This document shows, piece by piece, positions 56,765 to 64,000 of a stretch of DNA of 64,000 nt; the first letter of the stretch is position 1; each line of letters begins with the position of its first letter. The stretch lies in contig CAXUBX010000002.1 in assembly GCA_964249405.1 (NCBI GenBank), positions 2,958-66,957 of the forward strand, in the 5' to 3' direction. The stretch is from an uncultured Acetobacteraceae bacterium. GTDB taxonomy: Bacteria; Pseudomonadota; Alphaproteobacteria; Acetobacterales; Acetobacteraceae. Both the position numbers and the translations under genes were made by a program. The notes under the pieces are model-generated. The model was not told where the DNA came from. It saw nothing but the letters and a program-made list of their open reading frames with translations, and did not search any database.

Positions 56765-57571
56765 TCAGAACGTCGCGACGTTGCAGGCGCCGCCGATCGC
56801 GTGGACATGCGTGCAGAACGACGTCGCGTCCGCAACCGAGGCGAAACCTCCGGTCCGGATGCGCCAGAGCGTGCGGCCCTGGTGGTCGACCGGCATCACC
56901 ACGAGCGCGCGCACGCCGAACAGGGTCGGGTCGCGCGCCGCCAGGCGCTGCCACTCCGCATGCGCGTGCGCCTCGGAATCAAGCGCGCCGAGCTGCACGG
57001 TGACGCGGCCGCCGACCGGCGGGGTCGAGACCGGCGGGGAGACCGGTGGGGGCGCGAGCGACACCGGCTTCGGCGCGGCGGCGGATGCCGTCGCCGGAGA
57101 AGACGCGGAGGATGAGGACGCGGAGGACAAGGAGGGGGGCGCGGGCAGGATCGGCGCCGGCGGCGGCGCCGTGCCCGCAGTGGGGGGTAACGCGGTCGTC
57201 GCGGCCCGGGGCGGCGGTGGCGGCGGCAGGGCGGCCTGCCGGGCGCGGGCGAGCTCGGCCGCGAGCGCCTGCGGATCGGCCTTCTCCGGACCGGGCGCCA
57301 GGACCTCGGCGCCGTTGGCGTCGGTGGACGGCGGGGGTTCCGCGCCGAGCACCTGCAGGCCGCCGGGGTTTGCCGGCCTGACCTTCATCGGCCCCGGCGG
57401 CGGCGCGATCACGGGAATGCCGCCGGCGGCGCGGTCATGCCTGACGAGCGAGTAACCGCCCACCAAGGCCACCAGGACCGCGCCCATGCACCCCGCGATG
57501 AGCGCGAGACGGCGCGTCGTCGGGTCCATTCCCGTCTGCCGAGCCGGGCGATAGACCGGTCGCTCGGCCAT
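56765..57571 (-). CDS. SPOR domain-containing membrane protein
   Basis: N-terminal TM (LALIAGCMGAVLVALVGG) and a Pro/Ala-rich linker. C-terminal SPOR domain (VTVQLGALDSEAHAHAEWQRL...WRIRTGGFASVADATSFC). The start lies 1 nt after the argS stop. Confidence 0.8.
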   Translation of the reverse strand: MAERPVYRPARQTGMDPTTRRLALIAGCMGAVLVALVGGYSLVRHDRAAGGIPVIAPPPGPMKVRPANPGGLQVLGAEPPPSTDANGAEVLAPGPEKADPQALAAELARARQAALPPPPPPRAATTALPPTAGTAPPPAPILPAPPSLSSASSSSASSPATASAAAPKPVSLAPPPVSPPVSTPPVGGRVTVQLGALDSEAHAHAEWQRLAARDPTLFGVRALVVMPVDHQGRTLWRIRTGGFASVADATSFCTHVHAIGGACNVATF

Positions 57572-57572
57572 C

Positions 57573-59378
57573 TCAGCGCATCTCCTCGACCGGCCCGACG
57601 CCGAGCACGCCGAGCCCGGCCCGGATCGTGGTCGCGGTCGCCTCGACCAGGGCAAGCCTCGCGCGTGTCTCCTCGGGCCGCTCGGCCACGAGGAAGCGGA
57701 GCGTCGCGTCGGCGGTGCCACGGTTCCAGAGCGCGTGGAAGTCGGCCGCGAGGTCGGCGAGATAGAAGGCGACCCGGTGCGGCTCGCGCGCCGTCGCCGC
57801 TCCCGCGATCAGGCGCGGGAACGACGCGATCCGGCGGATCAGCGCCAGCTCGGCCTCGTTGGCGAGGGTCGCGAGATCGACCGCGGCCAGCGCCTCCCGG
57901 CCGACGGCGTCGACCCCCAGCATCTCGGCCGCCGCCCGCAGCACCGAACGGCAGCGGGCGTGGGCGTACTGCACGTAGAACACGGGGTTGTCGCGCGTCC
58001 GCGCCACCACCGCATCGAGATCGAACTCCATCTGCGCGTCGGGACGGCGGGTCAGCATGGTGAAGCGCACCGCGTCGCGACCGACCTCGTCGATCAGCTC
58101 CCGCATCGTCACGAACGAGCCGGCGCGCTTGCTCATCCGCACCGGCTCGCCGCCGCGCACGAGATGGACGATCTGGCAGAGCACGACCTCGAACGCCGCG
58201 GCCTCGCCGCCGAGCGCCCGTACGGCCGCCCGCATCCGCGACACGTAGCCGCCATGGTCGGCGCCCAGCACGTCCACCAGCAGGTCCGCGCCCCGCCGGA
58301 GCTTGTCAGCGTGGTAGCCGATGTCGTTCGCGAAATAGGTGTTGGCGCCGTCGCTCTTCCGGAGCGGCCGGTCGACGTCGTCGCCGAACGCGGTCGAGCG
58401 GAACAGCAGCTGCGGACGCGGCTCCCAGTCCTCCGGCATCTTGCCCTTCGGCGGCTCGAGCACGCCCTCGTAGAGCAGGTCGGCATCGCGGAGGCCGTCG
58501 ATCGCGGCCTCGACGGCTCCGCTCCCCAGCACGGCGCGCTCGGAGGTGAACACGTCATGCCGGACCCCAAGCGCCTCCAGGTCCTCCCGGATCGACGCCA
58601 TCATCGCGGCGAGGCATTCGTCGCGCACGATCCCGAACCAGAGGGACGGATCGGCGACCGTGAGCCGCTCGCCCGCCAGCGCCACCCCGTGGCGGCGCGC
58701 GATCGCCTCGCCGACCGGAACCAGGTAGTCGCCCCGGTATTGCAGCCCGCCGGGAACGTGTGCCGAGAACGCCTCCTCGGTCAGCGTCGTGCCGAGCGCC
58801 TGCAGCACGCGCCAGTAGGTCGCCCACGCGAGGGCCGCGACCTGGCCGCCCGCGTCATTGACGTAGTATTCACGCGTGACCTCGTAGCCGGCCTTGACCA
58901 GCAGGTTCGCGAGCGCGTCGCCGACCACCGCGCCGCGGCAGTGCCCGACATGGATGGGACCGGTCGGGTTGGTCGAGACGTACTCGACGTTGGCGCGGAG
59001 CCCCTGTCCCAGCCGGTTCGTCCCGTAGGCCTCGCCGAGATGGAGCACGGGTTTGAGCGCCGCCTGCAGCGCGCTCGCGTCGAGCCGGAGATTGACGAAG
59101 CCGGGACCGGCAGGCTCGGCCTCGATGCCGTGGCGCTCGGCGAGTGTGGCGGCGAGCGAGGCCGCGAGTTCGCGCGGGTTGCGGCCGAGGGATTTCGCCG
59201 CCACCAGCGCGGCATTGGTCGTGAGATCGCCGTGCTTCGGATCGCGCGGCGGGGTCACCTCGACCCGCGAACCGACCGACGCGTCGGGCCGAGTGCCCGC
59301 CGCCACGACGAGCGCGTCGAGGACATGATCCCGCCAGGCCGCGTAGAGGTCTTCGGTCGGGACGGAGCTATCGAGCAT
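57573..59378 (-). CDS. argS: Arginine--tRNA ligase
   Basis: EYVSTNPTGPIHVGHCRG (HIGH-class), MSKRAGSFV (KMSK-like) and the anticodon-binding C-terminus ending VEEMR. ATG at 59378. Confidence 0.93.
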   Translation of the reverse strand: MLDSSVPTEDLYAAWRDHVLDALVVAAGTRPDASVGSRVEVTPPRDPKHGDLTTNAALVAAKSLGRNPRELAASLAATLAERHGIEAEPAGPGFVNLRLDASALQAALKPVLHLGEAYGTNRLGQGLRANVEYVSTNPTGPIHVGHCRGAVVGDALANLLVKAGYEVTREYYVNDAGGQVAALAWATYWRVLQALGTTLTEEAFSAHVPGGLQYRGDYLVPVGEAIARRHGVALAGERLTVADPSLWFGIVRDECLAAMMASIREDLEALGVRHDVFTSERAVLGSGAVEAAIDGLRDADLLYEGVLEPPKGKMPEDWEPRPQLLFRSTAFGDDVDRPLRKSDGANTYFANDIGYHADKLRRGADLLVDVLGADHGGYVSRMRAAVRALGGEAAAFEVVLCQIVHLVRGGEPVRMSKRAGSFVTMRELIDEVGRDAVRFTMLTRRPDAQMEFDLDAVVARTRDNPVFYVQYAHARCRSVLRAAAEMLGVDAVGREALAAVDLATLANEAELALIRRIASFPRLIAGAATAREPHRVAFYLADLAADFHALWNRGTADATLRFLVAERPEETRARLALVEATATTIRAGLGVLGVGPVEEMR

Positions 59379-59994
59379 GGATGTGTCTAGGACGATTCGC
59401 GAGCCGGCTTCCACCCGTGCGCCGGGCCGGACCGCGATCGGCCAGACCCTGATCGGCCAGACCCTGATCGGCCGTCTGCTCGCCGCCCCGGTCCGGGCCG
59501 GAACGGTGGTCTGGCTCGGAACCCGCGCCGCGCGTCGCACGCCGGTCGTCGCGCGTGACGCCATCGAGATCGGCGATGACGGGCGGATCGGCGCCGATCA
59601 CGCGACGAATGCTGTCCGGGCGGTCACGCTGATCGGGGAGAGCGATCTCGCGGCGATCGCCTCGTTTCTCGGCGAGGCGGGGCCGATCGCGCCCGCACGA
59701 TTGCGGCGGAACGTCGTGGTCCGCGGGCTCAACCTCCATGCGCTGAAGGAAGGCACGTTCCGCCTCGGCACGGCGCGCCTCGCGATGACGGGGCTCTGCC
59801 ACCCGTGCTCGCGGATGGAGCAGGAGTTCGGCCCCGGCGGCTACAACGCCGTCCGCTTGCATGGCGGGATCACCGCCCGCGTGCTCGCAGGCGGCGTCGT
59901 CCGTCTCGGCGACCCGGTGATCCGCGAGGTCGATGCCACCATGCCGTTCTCCGCGCGTTCAGCCGGTCTCGCTCAACAGGAGGACGGCTCATGA
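59377..59994 (+). CDS. MOSC domain-containing protein
   Basis: The core RRNVVVRGLNLHALKEGTFRLGTARLAMTGLCHPCSRME is MOSC-like. The start is ambiguous. ATG 59377 shares CATG with the argS start. GTG 59506 gives a family-typical protein of about 162 aa. Confidence 0.7.
   Translation: MDVSRTIREPASTRAPGRTAIGQTLIGQTLIGRLLAAPVRAGTVVWLGTRAARRTPVVARDAIEIGDDGRIGADHATNAVRAVTLIGESDLAAIASFLGEAGPIAPARLRRNVVVRGLNLHALKEGTFRLGTARLAMTGLCHPCSRMEQEFGPGGYNAVRLHGGITARVLAGGVVRLGDPVIREVDATMPFSARSAGLAQQEDGS
59436..59473. repeat. 15-bp tandem direct repeat GATCGGCCAGACCCT x2 plus a partial third copy (GATCGGCC)
   Basis: Read directly: 59436-59450, 59451-59465 and 59466-59473. If the MOSC ORF starts at ATG 59377 the repeat encodes IGQTL-IGQTL-IG. 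Otherwise it lies in the argS/MOSC divergent spacer. Confidence 0.8.
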
Positions 59995-60419
59995 GCAAGA
60001 CGACGGGTTCGGCAGTCTGGTCGGGGGGTCTCCGCGACGGCAAGGGTGAGCTCAGCACCAGGAGCGGCGTGCTGTCGGCGACGCCCTACGGCTTCGCCAC
60101 CCGCTTCGAGGGCAAGCCCGGAACGAACCCGGAGGAGCTGATCGGCGCCGCCCATGCCGGGTGCTTCACGATGGCGCTTTCCATGATCCTCGGGGAAGCC
60201 GGGCTCACGGCCGAGCGGATGGCCACGACGGCGGAGGTTTCGCTTGATCAGGTGGACGACGGTTTCGCGATCACGAAGATCCATCTGACGCTGAACGCCA
60301 CCGTGCCCGGCGCCGACCAGGCGGCGTTCGAGGAGCTCGCCAACAAGGCCAAGCTCGGATGCCCGGTGTCCAAGGTCCTCAAAGGGGCCGAGATCACGCT
60401 GACGGCGACCCTCGACTGA
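59991..60419 (+). CDS. osmC: OsmC family peroxiredoxin
   Basis: 142 aa. GTNPEELIGAAHAGCFTMAL and KLGCPVSKVL carry the two conserved Cys. ATGA overlap with the MOSC gene. CAGGAGGA lies upstream. Confidence 0.88.
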   Translation: MSKTTGSAVWSGGLRDGKGELSTRSGVLSATPYGFATRFEGKPGTNPEELIGAAHAGCFTMALSMILGEAGLTAERMATTAEVSLDQVDDGFAITKIHLTLNATVPGADQAAFEELANKAKLGCPVSKVLKGAEITLTATLD

Positions 60420-60584
60420 TCCTCGGCGGGCGTTTCGTCGCGAGCGGATCCCGGTCCTCGATGGCGGCCGGATCGCGCTCGCTCGCCCCGGTCCGGTCTC
60501 TCCGGGCTCCGCCACGTTCTCGTCGGGCGGCGACGAGGAACAGACCGCCACTCCGACCCATGCACCCCGCCGCGGGGCGCCCGG

Positions 60585-61733
60585 CTATCCCGGGACCGAC
60601 AGATCGGTCAGCCGGCGGTGCTCCTCGACCGCGAAGCGATCGGTCATGCCGGCGATGTAGTCGGCGACCGCGCGCGCGGCCTGCCTGGTCCCCGGGAGGC
60701 CCGCGACCTTGTTCCACTCGGGCGGCAGCAGGCGGGGATCGCCGTTCAGGATGGCAAACAGTGCCCCCGTGACCTCGCGCGCCTTGGTGCTCATCCGGTT
60801 GACCCGCCAGTGCCGGTACATCCGCTCGTGGAGGAAGACCCGGATCGCCCGGTTGCCTCGCGCGGTCGCCTCGTCGTAGGCGATCACCGGCGTGTCGCAT
60901 CTCCGGATCGCGTCGGCATCGCGCGGCGAGAGCGCCGCGAGCCGGCGCCCGCTCTCCGCGATCAGCCGGGTCACCAGGAGGTCGATCACGCGACGGATGG
61001 TCTCGTGCCGGCGGACGGAGTGCGGCAGGTCGGGACCGAGCGCCTCGGCCTCGGCGAGCGCGCCGCCGATCAGCGGAAGGTCACGAAGGTCGTCGAGCGT
61101 CAGGAGGCCGGCGCGAATGCCGTCGTCCAGATCATGGCTGTGATAGGCGATGTCGTCCGACAATGCCGCGACCTGGGCCTCCGCAGATGCATAGCAGTCG
61201 AGCCAGAGCGGATGCTCGCGATCGTACTCGGCGATGAACGGCGACGGAGCCTCGAGTGGCCCGTTGTGCTTGGCGAGCCCCTCCAGCGTATCCCAGGTGA
61301 GATTGAGGCCGGAAAAGGCGGCGTAGCGGCTCTCGAGCCGGGTGACGATCCGGAGCGCCTGCTCGTTGTGGTCGAAGCCGCCGAACGGCGTCATCGCGGC
61401 GCGCAGCGCGTCCTCCCCGGCGTGGCCGAACGGCGTGTGTCCGAGGTCGTGCGCGAGGGCCAGGGCCTCCGTCAGATCCTCGTCGATCGCCAGCGCGCGC
61501 GCGATCGAACGGGCGATCTGCGCGACCTCGATGCTATGGGTCAGCCGGGTGCGGAAGAAGTCGCCCTCGTGGTTCACGAAAACCTGGGTCTTGTATTGCA
61601 GCTTGCGGAAGGCGGCCGAGTGGATGATGCGGTCGCGGTCGCGCTGGAACGGCGTCCGGCTCAGGGGTTCGCCTTCCGGGAACAGCCGTCCGCGACCCGG
61701 CTCCGGGCGCGCGGCGTAGCAAGCGAGAGCCAT
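60585..61733 (-). CDS. dgt: Deoxyguanosinetriphosphate triphosphohydrolase-like protein (HD domain)
   Basis: PFQRDRDRIIHSAAFRKLQYKTQVF, RLTHSIEVAQIARSIA and AHDLGHTPFGH. 382 aa. Confidence 0.9.
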   Translation of the reverse strand: MALACYAARPEPGRGRLFPEGEPLSRTPFQRDRDRIIHSAAFRKLQYKTQVFVNHEGDFFRTRLTHSIEVAQIARSIARALAIDEDLTEALALAHDLGHTPFGHAGEDALRAAMTPFGGFDHNEQALRIVTRLESRYAAFSGLNLTWDTLEGLAKHNGPLEAPSPFIAEYDREHPLWLDCYASAEAQVAALSDDIAYHSHDLDDGIRAGLLTLDDLRDLPLIGGALAEAEALGPDLPHSVRRHETIRRVIDLLVTRLIAESGRRLAALSPRDADAIRRCDTPVIAYDEATARGNRAIRVFLHERMYRHWRVNRMSTKAREVTGALFAILNGDPRLLPPEWNKVAGLPGTRQAARAVADYIAGMTDRFAVEEHRRLTDLSVPG

Positions 61734-61921
61734 GCGGACGCTCCGAGGCGATCCGAGGGCTCTAGAGCATTATCCGACCGGACGGAATCGTTCGATCGGA
61801 TGAAGATGCTCTGGTTTCATATCCGTAGAGCGCGTCGATCGGCCCGCGCCGAGCCGATCGTGCTCCAGCATCGCGCTCCGGACCGCTTCAATCGGGCGCC
61901 GCGCGGGGCTAGATAGGCGAC

Positions 61922-62272
61922 ATGGACCAGATCATCGACGCGGCGCAGTTCAACGTCTCGGCGCGGGCGGCGGCCCGGCTCGCCGAGATCGTGGCATCCC
62001 AGCCCGGCGGCCCCGACGCGCTCCGCGTCTCGGTGCTTGCCGGCGGCTGCTCCGGCTTCCAGTATCGCTTCGAGCTCGACGCGCATGTCGGCGGGGATGA
62101 CCGGGTGATCCCCCTCGAGGGCGCCCGCGTCCTGGTGGACGAGGCGAGCCTCGATCTCCTGCGTGGTGCCGAGCTCGACTTCACCGACGCGCTGATGGGC
62201 GCCCATTTCACGGTGCGGAATCCGAACGCCACGTCCTCCTGCGGTTGCGGGACGTCGTTCTCGGTCGATTGA
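61922..62272 (+). CDS. erpA: Iron-sulfur cluster insertion protein (HesB/IscA/ErpA family)
   Basis: 116 aa. GGCSGFQY and the C-terminal SSCGCGTSF. Confidence 0.88.
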   Translation: MDQIIDAAQFNVSARAAARLAEIVASQPGGPDALRVSVLAGGCSGFQYRFELDAHVGGDDRVIPLEGARVLVDEASLDLLRGAELDFTDALMGAHFTVRNPNATSSCGCGTSFSVD

Positions 62273-62341
62273 AGGTCGTGAAGGAGGGCTCCCTGCCGCA
62301 CCGTCGGTCCCGCAAGGCCAGCGACCTGCAAGGAGAATTCC

Positions 62342-63160
62342 TTGACAGGTTCGGCGCCTGCCAGAAGCCCTGACCTGACCCGCGTCCGGATCGCCACCTG
62401 GAACGTCAACTCCATCCGTGCGCGCGAGGCGCACGTGGGGCGGTTCCTGGAGCGACAATCGCCCGATCTCGTGCTGCTCCAGGAGATCAAGTGCGAGGAG
62501 GCCCAGTTTCCCGCCCTCGCCTTCTCGGCGTTCGGCTACCGCGCCGCGGTGGTCGGCCAGAAGAGCTACAACGGCGTCGCGGTGCTCTCGAAGCAGCCGT
62601 TCGAGGTTCTCCACCGTGCGCTGCCCGGGCTCGACGAGCAGAAGCCTGCCGCGCGCTATCTCGAGATCCGCCTGGCGGACGCCTTCACGGTCGGCAACCT
62701 CTATCTGCCGAACGGGAACTCCGGCGGCGAGGACGGATACCGCGCCAAGCTCGCCTGGATGACGGCGCTTCGTGCGCGGGCCGACGCGCTGCTCGCCGAC
62801 GACGTCCCGTTCCTGCTCGCGGGCGATTTCAACGTCTGTCCCAGGGCCGACGACCTCGCACCCGGGACGCTGCCACCGAACGACGCCCTCGTTCGTCCGG
62901 AGACGCGCCAGCACTACCGCGCGCTGCTCCATGCCGGTCTGACCGACGCCGCTCGTGCCCTCCAGCCGACCGGTTCCGCCTGGACCTTCTGGGACTACCA
63001 GGCCGGGGCGTGGCCGCGGGACCGAGGGCTCAGGATCGACCACGCGCTGCTGTCGCCGACGGTTGCCGAGCGGCTCGTCGCGTGCTCGACCGACCGCGTG
63101 CCGCGTGGCGAGGACCAGCCTTCGGACCACGCGCCGGTGATCGTGGAGCTTGACCAATGA
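62342..63160 (+). CDS. xthA: Exodeoxyribonuclease III
   Basis: VRIATWNVNSIRAR, VLLQEIK and the C-terminal SDHAPVIVEL. TTG start in the ORF track; the true start may be slightly downstream. Confidence 0.9.
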   Translation: MTGSAPARSPDLTRVRIATWNVNSIRAREAHVGRFLERQSPDLVLLQEIKCEEAQFPALAFSAFGYRAAVVGQKSYNGVAVLSKQPFEVLHRALPGLDEQKPAARYLEIRLADAFTVGNLYLPNGNSGGEDGYRAKLAWMTALRARADALLADDVPFLLAGDFNVCPRADDLAPGTLPPNDALVRPETRQHYRALLHAGLTDAARALQPTGSAWTFWDYQAGAWPRDRGLRIDHALLSPTVAERLVACSTDRVPRGEDQPSDHAPVIVELDQ

Positions 63161-63339
63161 CCCTGACCCGTCCTTCCGCGGCCACGTCTCTGGCGATCCT
63201 GGCCGTCCTGCTCCTCGCGGGCTGCTCGTCCTCGTTCGGCAGCGGGGGCGGTTCGCCACCCGCCAAGACCTATGTCGTGCTGCCGAGCGGCCAGGCTGTT
63301 CCGGCCGACCAGTACCGGGGCGCGCCCGTCAACCCGTAG
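63157..63339 (+). CDS. Putative small lipoprotein (60 aa)
   Basis: Signal peptide plus lipobox (LAILAVLLLAGCSSS). ATG overlaps the xthA stop (ATGA at 63157-63160). High GC3. I recognised no family. Confidence 0.45.
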   Translation: MTLTRPSAATSLAILAVLLLAGCSSSFGSGGGSPPAKTYVVLPSGQAVPADQYRGAPVNP

Positions 63340-63979
63340 GGTGGCCGATGCGGCACAGACCGCCGGTCGAGAACGGCGCGAGACGGCCCATCGTCTGCGA
63401 TGCGAACACGTCGAGCGTCGACCTGACCGGGAGCCCTGCCGCGTGCATCGCGTCGGTGGTCCAGGTGTTGCAGGTGTTCAGACCCGAGTATCCGGTGCGG
63501 GTCGCGTAGAACACGCTCCCGGGATACGGACCCGGGCCGATCGAGCGGGGCCTGCCGTCCGCATCGAGCGCCAGCGTCTCCCAGACGAAGCGGTCGAGCC
63601 GGGCGCACTGGACGGTCCCAAGCACGAGGTGGGCGACCGTGCCGGACCCGTAGGCGAGCACGGGATCGGCATCGAGACCGATCGCGAGGATGGCGCCACG
63701 GCCCGGAAACGGACCGACGAGCAGGTCGCCCAGCGTCTTGACCGGTGCCATCATGAAGGTGCGGCGGCCGAACCCGACCACGAGCACCTTGAGACCCGGA
63801 AAGATCGAGCGGAACACCGCGAGCGGACCGACGAGGCCGTCGGCCGGGAGCGCGAGATCGGTGTGCCAGCCATGGTCGACGATCTCGACGGAGGCGGGAT
63901 CGACCACGGATCCGGTTGCAGCACAGGGCGGCAGCGGCCGTCCCGCACAGCCCGAGGCGAGAAGGAGGACGGCGAACAC
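63329..63979 (-). CDS. DUF2459/TIGR02117-like putative lipoprotein (tentative family call); N-terminus may extend beyond 63979
   Basis: Lipobox LLLASGCAG. HGWHTDLALP and GLNTCNTWT motifs, which I associate with this family. The reading frame stays open upstream to the window edge. Confidence 0.5.
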   Translation of the reverse strand: MFAVLLLASGCAGRPLPPCAATGSVVDPASVEIVDHGWHTDLALPADGLVGPLAVFRSIFPGLKVLVVGFGRRTFMMAPVKTLGDLLVGPFPGRGAILAIGLDADPVLAYGSGTVAHLVLGTVQCARLDRFVWETLALDADGRPRSIGPGPYPGSVFYATRTGYSGLNTCNTWTTDAMHAAGLPVRSTLDVFASQTMGRLAPFSTGGLCRIGHPTG

Positions 63980-64000
63980 CGCCGCCCGCCGTACGGCCCC

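Overview
High-GC (about 68-70% by eye) chromosomal core segment. Gene content and synteny are typical of an alphaproteobacterium; Rhodospirillales/Acetobacteraceae-like is only a guess. I support about 61 tightly packed protein-coding genes and at least 13 four-nucleotide start/stop overlaps (ATGA/GTGA/TTGA). I recognised no rRNA, tRNA, CRISPR array, transposase, integrase or prophage gene. Gene blocks in order: (1) RND efflux pump with adaptor and a divergent TetR regulator; (2) prkA-yeaH-spoVR stress module behind a 377-bp lower-GC leader; (3) a minus-strand chain of lytic transglycosylase, rlpA, DD-carboxypeptidase, holB, metG, tatD and an MBL hydrolase; (4) an AsmA-like protein; (5) a DedA/VTT membrane protein coupled to an ATP-grasp ligase; (6) bolA, a J-domain protein, cobS and cobT; (7) an SDR with a LysR regulator; (8) a transglutaminase coupled to a fused circularly permuted ATP-grasp/alpha-E protein, preceded by an orphan receiver and a hypothetical protein; (9) a CrcB-tandem-USP fusion ORF; (10) aldose epimerase, alkB, lysA and a 909-aa TIGR02302-like protein; (11) divergent ssb and uvrA; (12) a long AI-2E transporter, a HAD hydrolase, an SPFH protein, a squalene-synthase-like protein and sodB; (13) yajC, a DUF815 ATPase, an MBL hydrolase and two GNATs; (14) serS, tatC, tatB, scpB, scpA, nagZ, a SPOR protein and argS; (15) MOSC, osmC, dgt, erpA, xthA, a small lipoprotein and a DUF2459-like protein. 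The region is mostly housekeeping. The items most worth follow-up are the uncharacterised ATP-grasp/alpha-E/transglutaminase module, the CrcB-USP fusion, which conflicts with dual-topology Fluc assembly, the DedA-ATP-grasp pair, and the PrkA module with its long leader. All product calls rest on my recognition of motifs in the supplied translations. No database search was run. Many starts are ambiguous because high GC produces long N-terminal ORF extensions.
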